From Iphione sp. A-MEVVRFRX5 (lineage: Eukaryota): 64,000 nt of DNA. Position 1 is the first letter of the stretch; every line of letters begins with the position of its first letter. The position numbers and the translations under genes were made by a program. Below are positions 1-11,349 of the stretch, one piece after another. Where the stretch lies: the NCBI GenBank assembly GCA_976226885.1, contig OZ320320.1:10044001-10108000 (forward strand), given 5' to 3'. The notes below the pieces were generated by a model. The model searched no databases and had not been told where the DNA came from. It saw only the letters and a list, made by a program, of their open reading frames with translations.

Positions 1-1792
1 CATCGTCGCCTTCCTGGGCCAACACGGCGCCTACACAACTGTCACTGGCGTCCGTGTACAAGAGGAAGGGTCGATTGAAATGAGGGAACACTAAGACTGG
101 AGGAGATGTTAGTTTCAATTTAAGTGCTTCGAAAGCACGCTGACGTTCTTTGTTCCATACAAATTCGGCGTGTTTCCGCGTCAGCGCCAACAAAGGTTCG
201 GCAATTTCTGCGAACTTAGGGACATACCGTCTATAAAAGCTACACATACCAATGAATGATCGTACATCCTTAACAGTTTGAGGTGGCGGTAAGTTTCGAA
301 TGGCCTGTACCTTAGTCATGTCTGGCTTAACTCCTTCAGCGGTAATTACGTGACCTAAATATTCAAGGTTATCACGAAAGAAATCACACTTTTTCCCCTT
401 AAGCTTTAATCCGGCAGCTCTAAGTCGGTCAAAGACGAGCTGCAAATGTTGCAGGTGTGTCTTTCCGTCAACTGACCATATTAAGATATCATCCAAATAG
501 GCGGTTGTGAAAGTACCATTAATGCCTTCAAGCACCTTGGCCATAAGTTCGGAAAATACGCTTGGCGCGTTACAAAGTCCGAACGGCATAACATTAAACT
601 CAAATAAACCAGCATGACAGGCGAATGCGGTCTTCGCCTTGGAATCCTCTTCCATAGGTACTTGGTGATATCCGCTTCGCAGATCAAGTGTGGAGAAACA
701 CTTACTTCCAGCGAGCCTAGATAGGATATCATCAATGTGGGGTAATGGCCAATTAAACTTAGTGGTAACATCATTAAGCTTGCGGTAGTCCACACAGAAC
801 CGTTGAGTGCCGTCCTTCTTCGCAACTAGCACTATCGGAGATGCCCAAGGGCTTCTACTAGGTTTAATTACCTTGGCTTGAAGCATCTCGTTAATCTTTT
901 CCTCCACAACTTTCTGTTTGACTAAGGGTGTGCGATAGGGTTTCTGGGCTATCGGGGGTGCAATCCCCGTATCTATGTTCATTTGAACCAATTCAGTTTG
1001 ACCTAACTGTAAGTCAGATTCAGCAAATAAATCTTGATTTTGACTTAATAATTCCTATAAAGTGTTGCACTGTGCATTTTCATCCCGTTGTGTACCGTGA
1101 GCGCCAGTCACAACGCTAACCGTGGCCATGGGCGGGATTTCACTGTCCTCAGCATGTGCAAGCACATTACCCTTTTTAAAGGTCAGGGTCCGTGTAGTGC
1201 CATTAACCACAGGAAATATGATATTCTGTTCACTCAGAAGTAAACAATTAGGAATCATAACGCCTGGTTCGTTAGCCAGTGCTCCTTGCGTTGCAACCGT
1301 AACTATTAAATATTGACCTTGAGGTGGGAGCATACGACATCCGTGCACAAAAACTGTACCCATGGGTGGAAGTGTGACATCCTCCGTTATCCGTACTAAC
1401 GAAGTAATTGTGTCAGCTCCAACCAAAGGCACTTGTGCACCATTAATTTTCAAATACTCCTTGTCGATATTAATTTCATCGACAAATTGTGTTAACCAAT
1501 CCCAGCCTAAAATAAAAGAATGGTTAATTCCCATCACCACTCGGAAATCTCCGCTAACTTCCTGTGAATTTATCCGGAAGTCAATGAAAGTTCCTCCGAG
1601 CTGTCGTATCTCCGAACCTCCGACTCCTTGAATAGGTGACTCAACTTGGGAAAGCTCAGTAGCTAACCCTCTTTTATGGAGTTCGTGATAAATAGTAGCC
1701 TTAACTATCGAAACATCAGCCCCAGTATCGACTAAAGCTCAATACCACTGTTTTCCAACGCGTACCCTTACTGTAGGTTTTCCCTCCGTCAT
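1..1792 (-). pseudogene. pol: Gypsy A pol (protease, dUTPase-like spacer, RT) with two in-frame stops
   Basis: One frame from ATG 1792: MTEGKPTVRVRVGKQWY*ALVDTGADVSIV..ILGWDWL..CNTL*ELLSQNQDLFAESDLQLGQT..SPWASPIVLVAKKDGTQRFCVDYRKLN..LDLRSGYHQ..MPFGLCNAP..AYLDDILI. Stops are TGA 1739-1741 and TAG 1055-1057. Confidence 0.93.
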
Positions 1793-2607
1793 TATGACTC
1801 TGCGCTACCCTTATCTGGGCATTCACTTTTGTAATGGCCCGCCTTTTTGCACTTAAAACAGACAACTTTCTTCTTCATTCCTGCCCCAGGTTTCTTTTTA
1901 ACCCTACAATCACGGCTCATGTGGCCTGACTTTCCACAACTGTAACAGTTGCCACGAAATTTCCCCCTCTCCTCTACCTTATCCACCTCCATGGGCGCTT
2001 CGTCTCGGTTTCTTAACGAAAATTGTTTCAGCACATCATGCTCGTGTCCTGCCAATTCAACAGCGGCCTGTAGGTATGCAGGGTGTTCTCTCAACACCTT
2101 TCTTGCTATTTTGTGGGACTTAAGGCCATCAGTAAAATACTCTACCAATTGCAAACCTACGATGTCCTGCTGCAATTGTTCTGCGGTATAGGCATCCTGA
2201 GCGAGATCCAATATCCGCTCAGCATAGACGTAGACACTTTCATCGGCTTTTTGTTTACACTTGCGGAGAATACTTTTAGCATGTGCTCGGTCTACTACCT
2301 CTCCAAACCTAGTGGTTAATTCTTGTTTGTATTCTACCCATGTATAGTCTGGATGCTCGTGTGCTAGACGCAACAAATAGTCAGCTACAGCTCCGTCAGC
2401 TGTTCGTTGGGTTAAAACTTTTCTAAAAAGAGTCTGCTCGCGCTCTCCTCCGTCCACTCCGGCGGAAGCATGTTCGACCGCTTTTATCCAAGCCTTAAAT
2501 GCTTTAGCGGATCCGGCAAATCTAGGGACAGTAGAAATAGCGGTCTGCAGACCAAATAAAGCACCAATATTCTGTAACTGGACAACAACCGGATCAGGTT
2601 GCGCCAT
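1792..2607 (-). CDS. gag: Gypsy A Gag, 271 aa
   Basis: Intact ORF with a capsid-like region (FAGSAKAFKAWIKAVE..YVYAERILDLA) and two CX2CX4HX4C knuckles (CYSCGKSGHMSRDC, CFKCKKAGHYKSEC). Confidence 0.92.
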   Translation of the reverse strand: MAQPDPVVVQLQNIGALFGLQTAISTVPRFAGSAKAFKAWIKAVEHASAGVDGGEREQTLFRKVLTQRTADGAVADYLLRLAHEHPDYTWVEYKQELTTRFGEVVDRAHAKSILRKCKQKADESVYVYAERILDLAQDAYTAEQLQQDIVGLQLVEYFTDGLKSHKIARKVLREHPAYLQAAVELAGHEHDVLKQFSLRNRDEAPMEVDKVEERGKFRGNCYSCGKSGHMSRDCRVKKKPGAGMKKKVVCFKCKKAGHYKSECPDKGSAES

Positions 2608-2929
2608 TTCCCTTGCTTAATTTTACCAAAAGGGGAAAGGTAAGAATGATGACTTACTAGGGAATACGGTGGGCCAAGTAAAATTGAAGCCTATCAGTTG
2701 ATTGAAGACCTGTTTGTCAATGGCATACCTCATTAGCGGCCAAAGTATAATAATAATTCCTATTAGAGCAAACAAACAAATACAACAACCTACCCAACCC
2801 ATTTGTGCGACACAGCACTTAACCATTTCATATAATAATTTGGACACAAGGTGGCTTCTGGAGAGTAAAGAAAACTCACTCACCGTGATTGTTTTATGGG
2901 CGTTTTAACACATCCGTCCCCACTCCCTC

Positions 2930-3856
2930 TTACAGATCGTCACTCCGCCATCCCATGGGAAACAGATCGTCCAAGTCCATAGGGAGAGACACGAGACCGT
3001 TCGGAGGCTGACCGATCGAAGGCGAGGGCAGGTCAATGTCCAAGGGGCCTCCAAAGTCAAGGATGGTCTCGGCGGAATCGGCGTCTGTTGTCCGCAGAAG
3101 CTCAGCTAGCTCTCTTCCAGCTTCTGCAATGGCGTCTAGGTCTGCCTCAGATGGAGTTGTCAATGAAGCTGTCGGGGCGTCAGACGAATCAGCCCCAGCG
3201 GGTCGAGTCGAGCTGGTGACGTCTCTGGGTTCGTCGGCTGATGGGTACGTCACTTCGTTGTCAGCGGTAACAGCGGTGGTCGATGCGGTGGGCTCATCCG
3301 TCGTCTGTTCGTCCACGGCGATCGGGTCCGCGATGTCCTTCCTGCGAAGTGGAGTTGGCGGTTCGTCTGACGAAGGTGCGGGCAGACAACCACTGACGGT
3401 CGCCACAGTCGGTCCCTGGGCAGCAAGCGTTACCGGAGGGGACGGTGTTGTCGTTACTGGTGGGGTCAACGTTGTCGAGCTACTTCCGGTACTTCTTGGA
3501 AGTACTAAGCACACGGGCCGTAGCGCAGAGGGTGCCGTATGGCCAGGTCGGTTTCCTGCGCCGGGGTTCGCTCGATCAATTGGATCCACCACCACGATCC
3601 TTCCGGTGAATTCGTTCAATAGCTGCTGCAACTCTCCTCCGTAGATGTGGATGTCGACAGGCTGGTAGATTGTCGCCCTTAAGTTTTCTGGCGGAAGATT
3701 GCAGGTTCTGGCCAGAATTCCGCGTCCACGGGTCCTAGTGCAGATAAGTCCGTGCTCAGCACCTCGGAAGTGTGAACGTCTTCCTAAGGGTCGCGAACGT
3801 GTAACATGAAGTGTAACGCCGGTAGCCTTCTCGGCTACATCTGTGATGAAACTCAT
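2930..3856 (-). CDS. ORF0 of Gypsy A, 308 aa from first ATG, unknown function
   Basis: Stop-free frame between PBS and gag, same strand. About 95-aa mixed N-terminus, Pro/Thr/Ser-rich middle, acidic C-terminus. Confidence 0.5.
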   Translation of the reverse strand: MSFITDVAEKATGVTLHVTRSRPLGRRSHFRGAEHGLICTRTRGRGILARTCNLPPENLRATIYQPVDIHIYGGELQQLLNEFTGRIVVVDPIDRANPGAGNRPGHTAPSALRPVCLVLPRSTGSSSTTLTPPVTTTPSPPVTLAAQGPTVATVSGCLPAPSSDEPPTPLRRKDIADPIAVDEQTTDEPTASTTAVTADNEVTYPSADEPRDVTSSTRPAGADSSDAPTASLTTPSEADLDAIAEAGRELAELLRTTDADSAETILDFGGPLDIDLPSPSIGQPPNGLVSLPMDLDDLFPMGWRSDDL

Positions 3857-3893
3857 AAGTATTGTCTTCCGTCTTCTGCGATCAACAGATGAG

Positions 3894-3913
3894 GAATCCT
3901 GGTCACGGCACCA
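3894..3913 (-). promoter_or_regulatory. Primer-binding site, tRNA-His
   Basis: Minus strand TGGTGCCGTGACCAGGATTC, complementary to the tRNA-His(GUG) 3' end (..GAATCCTGGTCACGGCA-CCA as I recall the invertebrate sequence). Confidence 0.85.
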
Positions 3914-3921
3914 AATCGAGT

Positions 3922-4777
3922 TGTAACACAACTCAAGACGACACGGGTTTCCAAGTTAGTTGATCTTTATTCCGACAGGTAGACACTACAAGGTGGCGGA
4001 TCGGAGCTCTCCGAAAAGCGGTGAGGGGATCCGGTCATTATATACCGATAGTCCGCACCCCTATGTCAAAGGTTAACACCCTCCCGGTCATAGTTCGTAA
4101 CCTAGGTACAAAGTGCGTGACATATCATAACCTTAGGTCATAGGTCTCCGGACCTTTGACCTGTTCACATGTTCTTGGGTCAGGACAGGTCAAGAATCAC
4201 ATTAACCCTCTGTCCCACCCTAGCAGCCTTCGATGATGGATGTGAAAGCTGTCATCACCCACCCTGGAAGTGCCTCGAAATCTCCCCTCCGACCCTATGT
4301 TTGTTTAGACTGACCCGTCACCTGAACATAGTTTATGAATGTCTACTGGTGTGTGGGATGTCGATTCCCAGACTATCGATGGCGCCATGTCAGAGACATG
4401 ATACACCTGTTGTCTGTGAATCGAGGATCCGCGTTAAAAGACTTATATCTATACACTGTACAATTAGAACTCTCTCTCTCTCCACTGCGTTTCAGGGTCA
4501 TATTCATTATAGTATATACGCACAAACACTTCTTTAATGTATACACAATCATATGTACACAGTTGCATTATGATGTAGGCAATACAATGTCCAATGAAAG
4601 ACCATTAAAACAATGTCCGCATATCTGCCAAACTCGTGGTTCATATCTATGTGAAACTCAATCATTCCGTCGCACCATATCCGCGACCTGGTCGTCCGAA
4701 TACCCGAACACCCCTTAGTCCGAATGTCCGAACATCCGAATGTCCGAATGTCCGCAATATAACACTACTGTGTTACA
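3922..4777 (-). repeat. 5' LTR of Gypsy A (~856 bp)
   Basis: Inverted termini TGTAACACA/TGTGTTACA; on the minus strand TATATAA (4038-4044) and AATAAA (3966-3971); sits just upstream of the PBS. Boundary could be 3919-4780. Confidence 0.8.
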
Positions 4778-4825
4778 ACTACCTGCTTGTTTATAGTTGT
4801 ATTTAATATACACATACCATTATAG

Positions 4826-7048
4826 TTGGATCTCAAACTTTCTCTAAAGTAGACCTCAACAAAGGTTACCACAAACTAGAGCTGGCAGAAGAGAATTGCC
4901 ATATCACTACTTTTCAATCGTCAAGGACTCTACCAATAAAGGGGACTGTGTTTTGGTATTAACCCTGCAGCTGAGATTTTCAAGAAAGTAGTCCCATACA
5001 TGCTATAAGGACTCATGGGAGTAAAAAACATCTCAGATGATATCATCATCTTTTCATAGGCACTAAAAGAACATCAAAAGACAACAAAGCCATCCTGCAG
5101 CAGATGAGAGTCATGTAACTGTGAGACTACTAATAGGGACAAATGTGAATTCTGCAAAGATGAAATACAGTTCGGCAGATATATTTTCTCCAAAGATGGT
5201 ATCTCACAAAATATCAGCAGTAACCAGTGCAAGCCCTCTGTACAATTCTACTTGGGGCGGCACTGTATCTTGTAAGGTTCATTCCAAACTAAAGCATACC
5301 AGTAGCACCATTGAGACTCCTCACTCACAAAGATGAGCCATGGAGATGCGGACAGGAGCAGAAGAAAGCACTTGAAGCACTGAAAGGCAGTATGAGAAAC
5401 TGGAAGGTGATCAGATATTTTTGATATATATTAAGCGTTAAAAAGAACTGATTGTGGATGCCAGGCCATATGGCTCAAGTGTAATCTTGACTCAGAGAAC
5501 AGAGGAAAAAAGTGAAATGATTGAGTATGCACGTTGGGCACTGAAAAACAAGACAAGACTCAATCAAACAGAGTAAGAAGAACCCGGAACAGTGTGGGAT
5601 TATGAACACAAGGATAACAAACTCTTTGGGGTAGATTTCAAGATAGCCATTTTCAAAGCCAGGCCAACAGGCAGGCTTCAGAGAGTATGTACTATAGTCT
5701 ATAGCCATACAAGTTGACTGTTGTATATCGACTAGGGAAGTAAAATCCTACAATTACCTGGTACTATGTGATCCATCATGTCTGGACCTACAGACAAAAC
5801 AAATAGGCATACATGCAGTGTGATATTACAGGATGCACAGAAAGGACAGTATTTCTAGAGGAGAACTTAAGAGAGTGCACATGATGAGGTTCTTCCACAG
5901 GTCATAAAGTGCATTGCATCACAAAGATATCATGAGCTGGATACAAGCTGTGAGGGGGTCAGGTTGTTTTACTGAAGAGTCTGTATCAGTGATCAGTGGA
6001 CGTCACCCGCTCCAGTCATCAAGGCATTGTGAAGATCAAGTCATTGTTATACGTGGTTCCCAGGGACTGACAACTGCCTTTTATGTCAGTCTACAACTCT
6101 CAAGGTTGAAAGGGAACCACTACATGCCACAGAACTACCCAAGAATCCATGGACAAGTTTTACTTGACTTAAGGCAATACATACAGTGATGATCAACAAA
6201 GGAAGCTGGAAACAAGAATCATACACCTTCCTTTGGCACTACAGAGCCACACCATACAGTACAACAGGCATGTCACCAGCTGCAATTCTGAACAAATTAC
6301 AGACTGAAGTGCCTATGAAGACAACAAAGAAGCAAGTGCCATTCCAAGACCAGGTGGAGCTTGCAAGGAGAAAAGATGAGAGACTGAAGGAAGACATGAA
6401 GTAACTTGTAGACTAGTAAGTGCAGACACACAAAAGAAAATGACCTTAAAGTAAGAGATTTCAGAGAAGCTGTCAACCTCTGTCAACAAGCCAGTGCTAT
6501 ATGAGGTCATCAGGCAAAATGGCAACAGTATGATGGCAAGACAGGGTCATCATGTCATAACAAGAAACCCATCCCATATAAAGAAGATTGCAAGGCAGTG
6601 CATTGACATGAGACGCACAAATTCAGATCTAGATGCATTCTTTGATGATCTGTCTCCATGTGATCTGACTGACATTACAATGAATGCATGGAATGATACT
6701 GACACTGGCACTGATAAGATCAATGTGCCTATGCTACAACCATCAGATCCATCTAAGCCGAATGGTGTCAACATAAGGTGAATGTCATCAAGAACAAGGA
6801 GAGAACCAAGTCACCCTAGAGGCTTTATTGTGGGAGATGAGTGGTAAAGCCTCACTATGGAAGTAATGGGCTAGAAACTGCTCCTCTCCAGATTAAACTT
6901 TATATTGAAAATAAAGATTAAAGCTTGTTTAAGCTGAGTCAATCTATAGAGACTTTAAAATCTAGTCATGATCATTCATTCAGAAGAGACACTGTCTATG
7001 CAAATAGTTTGAGCTTATCGATATTCTTTTATTAAAAGAAGGGAGAGA
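4826..7048 (+). mobile_element. Old degenerate Ty3/Gypsy element B (RT-RNaseH-integrase remnants and PPT)
   Basis: Fragmented frames: FSKVDLNKGYHKLEL..HITTF, CFGINPAAEIF, LDDIIIF-like, VDARPYG, FLWHYRATPYSTTGMSPAAIL, VITRNPSHIKKI. Many stops and frameshifts. PPT AAAAGAAGGGAGAGA 7034-7048 is followed by TGTAAT, the probable 3' LTR start at 7049. Confidence 0.85.
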
Positions 7049-9635
7049 TGTAATATATTACCTCCTTCCTAATGAATAGTAATTAGGGACACTCCCAGAA
7101 TCACCTTCCAAGATGGCTACCACCAGCAGTTTAGAAAAAACACCACATTATTTGTAAGTAATTTCCCCAACTATCATTTAACACATACACACACAACAGC
7201 TCCAAGAGTTTGGATCACCACAGTACATACTGTACAATTTCCTAAGGAAGCTCACGTGAATTTGAGCTTGGCCCTAACAAAAGGTGATAATATCCTAAAT
7301 CTTCTTTACAAACAATTAGAAGCAACGCAATCGTCACTGACCCAATACCAGGGAATCTCCACCTACACGAGTGCAGATCATGGCCCTGGTATTGGCTCGT
7401 AGTGTAACAAAGTTAATCTAATGCTGATAGGAATGCTGATATGGATGTTAACTGCAAAAACTGATTTGTAGTATGTTGAATTACCTGTATATTCACAGCG
7501 TTTGTGCCCCTCCCCCCACCACTAATTTCATCTGTGCGGTGAAGCACGTCCGACATTTATGAAACCCTCATTTTGACCTTTACGGCCCACCGTGAGATTA
7601 ACTGTGCGGTGAGGCACGTCCAAACAAATGAAACCTTTGAAGCTCCCTTGCACCTGTCCACCTGATTGCTATAAGACCACTAATGTTATTCAGGAGCCAT
7701 AAAGTCACTTTGTAGGACCCATACCTCGATTTTAGTACTTGAGAAACCTTTAGAAACCTTTAGAAACGTTTTATGGCATTGTAATTCAATAGGCAAAGCT
7801 CTGGTATGGATATATAAACCAAACCCAGACCAGCCAGAGCTGAGAGTTGTCTGAGCAGTGCTGAGAGCTGGTAGGGACTGGGCCTACTGACCTCTACATT
7901 ACTTGCAATTCTTATTTCCTGTACCTGTAACACAACTAGGACGTTTTTAGTATTAAAATCCTCACAACAAAACCTGGAAGAGTTGTGTTCATTCTGCCCA
8001 CTGATAACTCGGGACTCTGCACGAAGCCTGCTGTAGCAAAGGTGACAGCAAGCCAGTCGGTGGGCGATGACCGACGACCCAACCACCTTTGTTATAATAG
8101 GTCGAAGGTTAATGATAAGGCTAGAGGAGCCATGGATACCAAGTAATGGTACTTTGATGGGGGCGTAACATTGCTTTGTCACTATGTTCGTATATTGTGT
8201 GTTTCCCATACAGATATTGTTTTTTGTGGATGTGTCAAGCTTCCCATTTGCATGTATGACAAGACCTTGCTGGTGACATATGGGCCCTACACCTGATGAT
8301 ATTACAGTCTGATAACACTCCTACCTCCAACTACAGATACTAGACATGACACTACTGTCTTCTAACACTCCTACCTCCAACTACAGATACCAGTACTGTC
8401 TAAGAGATTAGTAGTTATCAAACTATTGATAGCACTACTGTCTGATAACACTCCTGCGTCAGTCACTACTGATAACACTACGCTGTCTTAGAGATCAGTA
8501 GTTATCGGTTTATCAGAACTCTCTGAGGTAGTAGTGTTAGGCGTAGGGTTATATTTTCAAATAGTGTCATAATGTTAAGGTATAATGAAGAACACAAAGG
8601 TGGTTATGCAAGAGATTTAATATTTCTTAGACAATTGTTACCTACTCAAAGAAAGGCATTAAAAACTTGAACAGGAAGAATATCATGTTTAGACAAGCTT
8701 AAAACAAAGAAGCGCAACCGATTTCGGTAAATCCGAAGCCGCTGAGTCTCCGGGTACATTTCTTACATAAAGTCTAATGAGTATCTGTTTGGAGTACTGT
8801 CTGTCACCTTAGCAATGCTGAGTATTTTAACCTTAATTAATATATCATCTATCTCAGCAACTACAGGATCCTTATCAGCGGAATCAGCAGGTAAGTACTC
8901 ATAGCAGTCAAGCACGTCGACACCGGTATGTCACAAGTAGTTTACAATCTGAAAGTTGTTTCCCTCAGTGTTGTACTCAAATCACTTTCATGTTGACTGC
9001 TGGGTGTATAAGGAACTGGATGGGTACTTTAACAACACAAGTTAGTATGATCCAGAGTCACCACTTTACCGATGAATAAGTATGATCTACGATGAGTATA
9101 ATTATATGAGCCCCGACTAAATACGATAGTTTAAACCTTCATGGTCAAATAATGATAGACGATGAGTCCTTACAATTCAAACTTCCTCGTACATAACATC
9201 CGCCTTAAATAGTAAACTTTGGGTGCTCAGTGAACTCGTAGAGAAAGGGGCTTCGATGTATGTTGCCATTTCTAATGGAAATACAGTATCTGTGGTGAAC
9301 ACCATGTTCCTATGGTACTAACTGCTTACTTCATGCTGTAGAAATACTACTTAACCTACATAATTCATGTTGTATAAATCAAACCAGCACATATCACAGA
9401 TATACCTTGTTACCTTCAAGTAAGACTTCTGAATCGTACAAATTTACAGCCTGTAGTACTGAAGGGGGGGCACTTACTGGGCAGAATATAACAAGATGTT
9501 AGAGGTAACACAACTGTAGCTGACTGGTTTTGTCTCACTGCTGCTTGGGTGGGCGAGTTCGCTGGATGGCATGTATTCACATAAAGAAGGAACCAAACAA
9601 AGCAAAGTCTCAATTAGGTGGGCAACCAAGCGGGA

Positions 9636-11349
9636 TGAGCATGCCATCTCCCACCTCTCCACGTACAAACAATGCCTACTTACACACAGACCACATAGAC
9701 AGGCAGCCTCAGCCAGGCAACAGCCTCATCACCCCAGCTTATCCGCGTACAAACAATGCCTACTTACACACAGACCACATAGACGGGCAGCCTCAGCCTC
9801 ATCACCCCAGCTTCTCCACCTACAAACAATGCCTACTTACATACAGACCACATAGACGGGTGGCCTCAGCCAGGCAACAGCCTCATCACCCCAGCTTATC
9901 CGCGTACAAACAATGCCTACTTACACACAGACCACATAGACGGGCAGCCTCAGCCTCATCACCCCAGCTTCTCCACCTACAAACAATGCCTACTTACATA
10001 CAGACCACATAGACGGGTGGCCTCAGCCAGGCAACAGCCTCATCACCCCAGCTTCTCCGCGTACAAACAATGCCTACTTACACACAGACCACATGGACGG
10101 GCGGCCTCAGCCAGGCAACAGCCTCATCACCCCAGCTTCTCTATCTACAAACAGTGCCTACTTACACACAGACCACATAGACGGGTGGCCTCAGCCAGGC
10201 AACAGCCTCATCACCCCAGCTTCTCCGCGTACAAACAATGCCTACTTACACACAGACCACATGGACGGGCGGCCTCAGCCAGGCAACAGCCTCATCACCC
10301 CAGCTTCTCTATCTACAAACAGTGCCTACTTACACACAGACCACATCGACGGCTGGCCTTGGCCAGGCAACAGCCTCTTCACCCCAGCTGCTCCATGGAC
10401 AAACAATGCCTACTTACACACAGACCACTTAGACGGCTGGCCTCTGCCAGGCAACAGCCTCAACATCCCAGCTTCTCCGCGTACAAACAATGCCTACTTA
10501 CACAAGAACTACATAGACAGGTGGCCTCAGCCAGGCAACAGCCTCATCACCCCAGCTTATCCGTGTACAAACAATGCCTACTTACATACAGGCCACATAG
10601 ACGGGCAGCCTCAGCCTCATCACCCCAGCTTCTCCACCTACAAACAATGCCTACTTACATACAGACCACATAGACGGGTGGCCTCAGCCAGGCAACAGCC
10701 TCATCACCCCAGCTTCTCCGCGTACAAACAATGCCTACTTACACACAGACCACATGGACGGGCGGCCTCAGCCAGGCAACAGCCTCATCACCCCAGCTTC
10801 TCTATCTACAAACAGTGCCTACTTACACACAGACCACATCGACGGCTGGCCTTGGCCAGGCAACAGCCTCTTCACCCCAGCTGCTCCATGGACAAACAAT
10901 GCCTACTTACACCCAGACCACTTAGACGGCTGGCCTCTGCCAGGCAACAGCCTCAACATCCCAGCTTCTCCACGTACAAACAATGCCTACTTACACAAGA
11001 ACCACATAGACAGGTGGCCTCAGCCAGGCGACAGCCTCATCACCCCAGCTTATCCGTGTACAAACAATGCCTACTTACATACAGGCCACATAGACGGGCA
11101 GCCTCAGCCTCATCACCCCAGCTTCTCCACCTACAAACAATGCCTACTTACATACAGACCACATAGACAGGCGGCCTCGGCCTCATCACCCCAGCTTCTC
11201 TATCTACAAACAGTGCCTACTTACACACAGACCACATCGACGGCTGGCCTTGGCACGGCAACAGCCTCTTCACCCCAGCTGCTCCATGGACAAACAATGC
11301 CTACATACACACAGACCACATAGACAGGTGGCCTCAGCCAGGCAACAGC
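9636..11349. repeat. Minisatellite of ~20 units of 84 bp with 73-bp deletion variants; includes a 493-bp higher-order repeat
   Basis: Anchor TACAAACAATGCCTACTT recurs at 84- or 73-bp spacing; the block starting 10230 repeats at 10723. Confidence 0.95.

Larger units (their letters stand above)
1..4777 (-). mobile_element. Ty3/Gypsy LTR retrotransposon A (5' part; RNase H end, integrase and 3' LTR lie outside the window)
   Basis: On the minus strand: 5' LTR (3922-4777), tRNA-His PBS, ORF0, gag with two CCHC knuckles, protease (ALVDTGADVS) and RT (YLDD at 488-499), in Gypsy PR-RT order. Confidence 0.95.

Noticed and set aside
3036-3644. 202-aa plus-strand ORF
   Set aside because: Antisense shadow of GC-rich ORF0; low complexity, no motif.
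9530-11323. Long overlapping ORFs with 28-aa repeats (up to 357 aa)
   Set aside because: They arise from an 84-bp stop-poor monomer open in several frames. The 73-bp variants shift frame freely, which argues against coding constraint.
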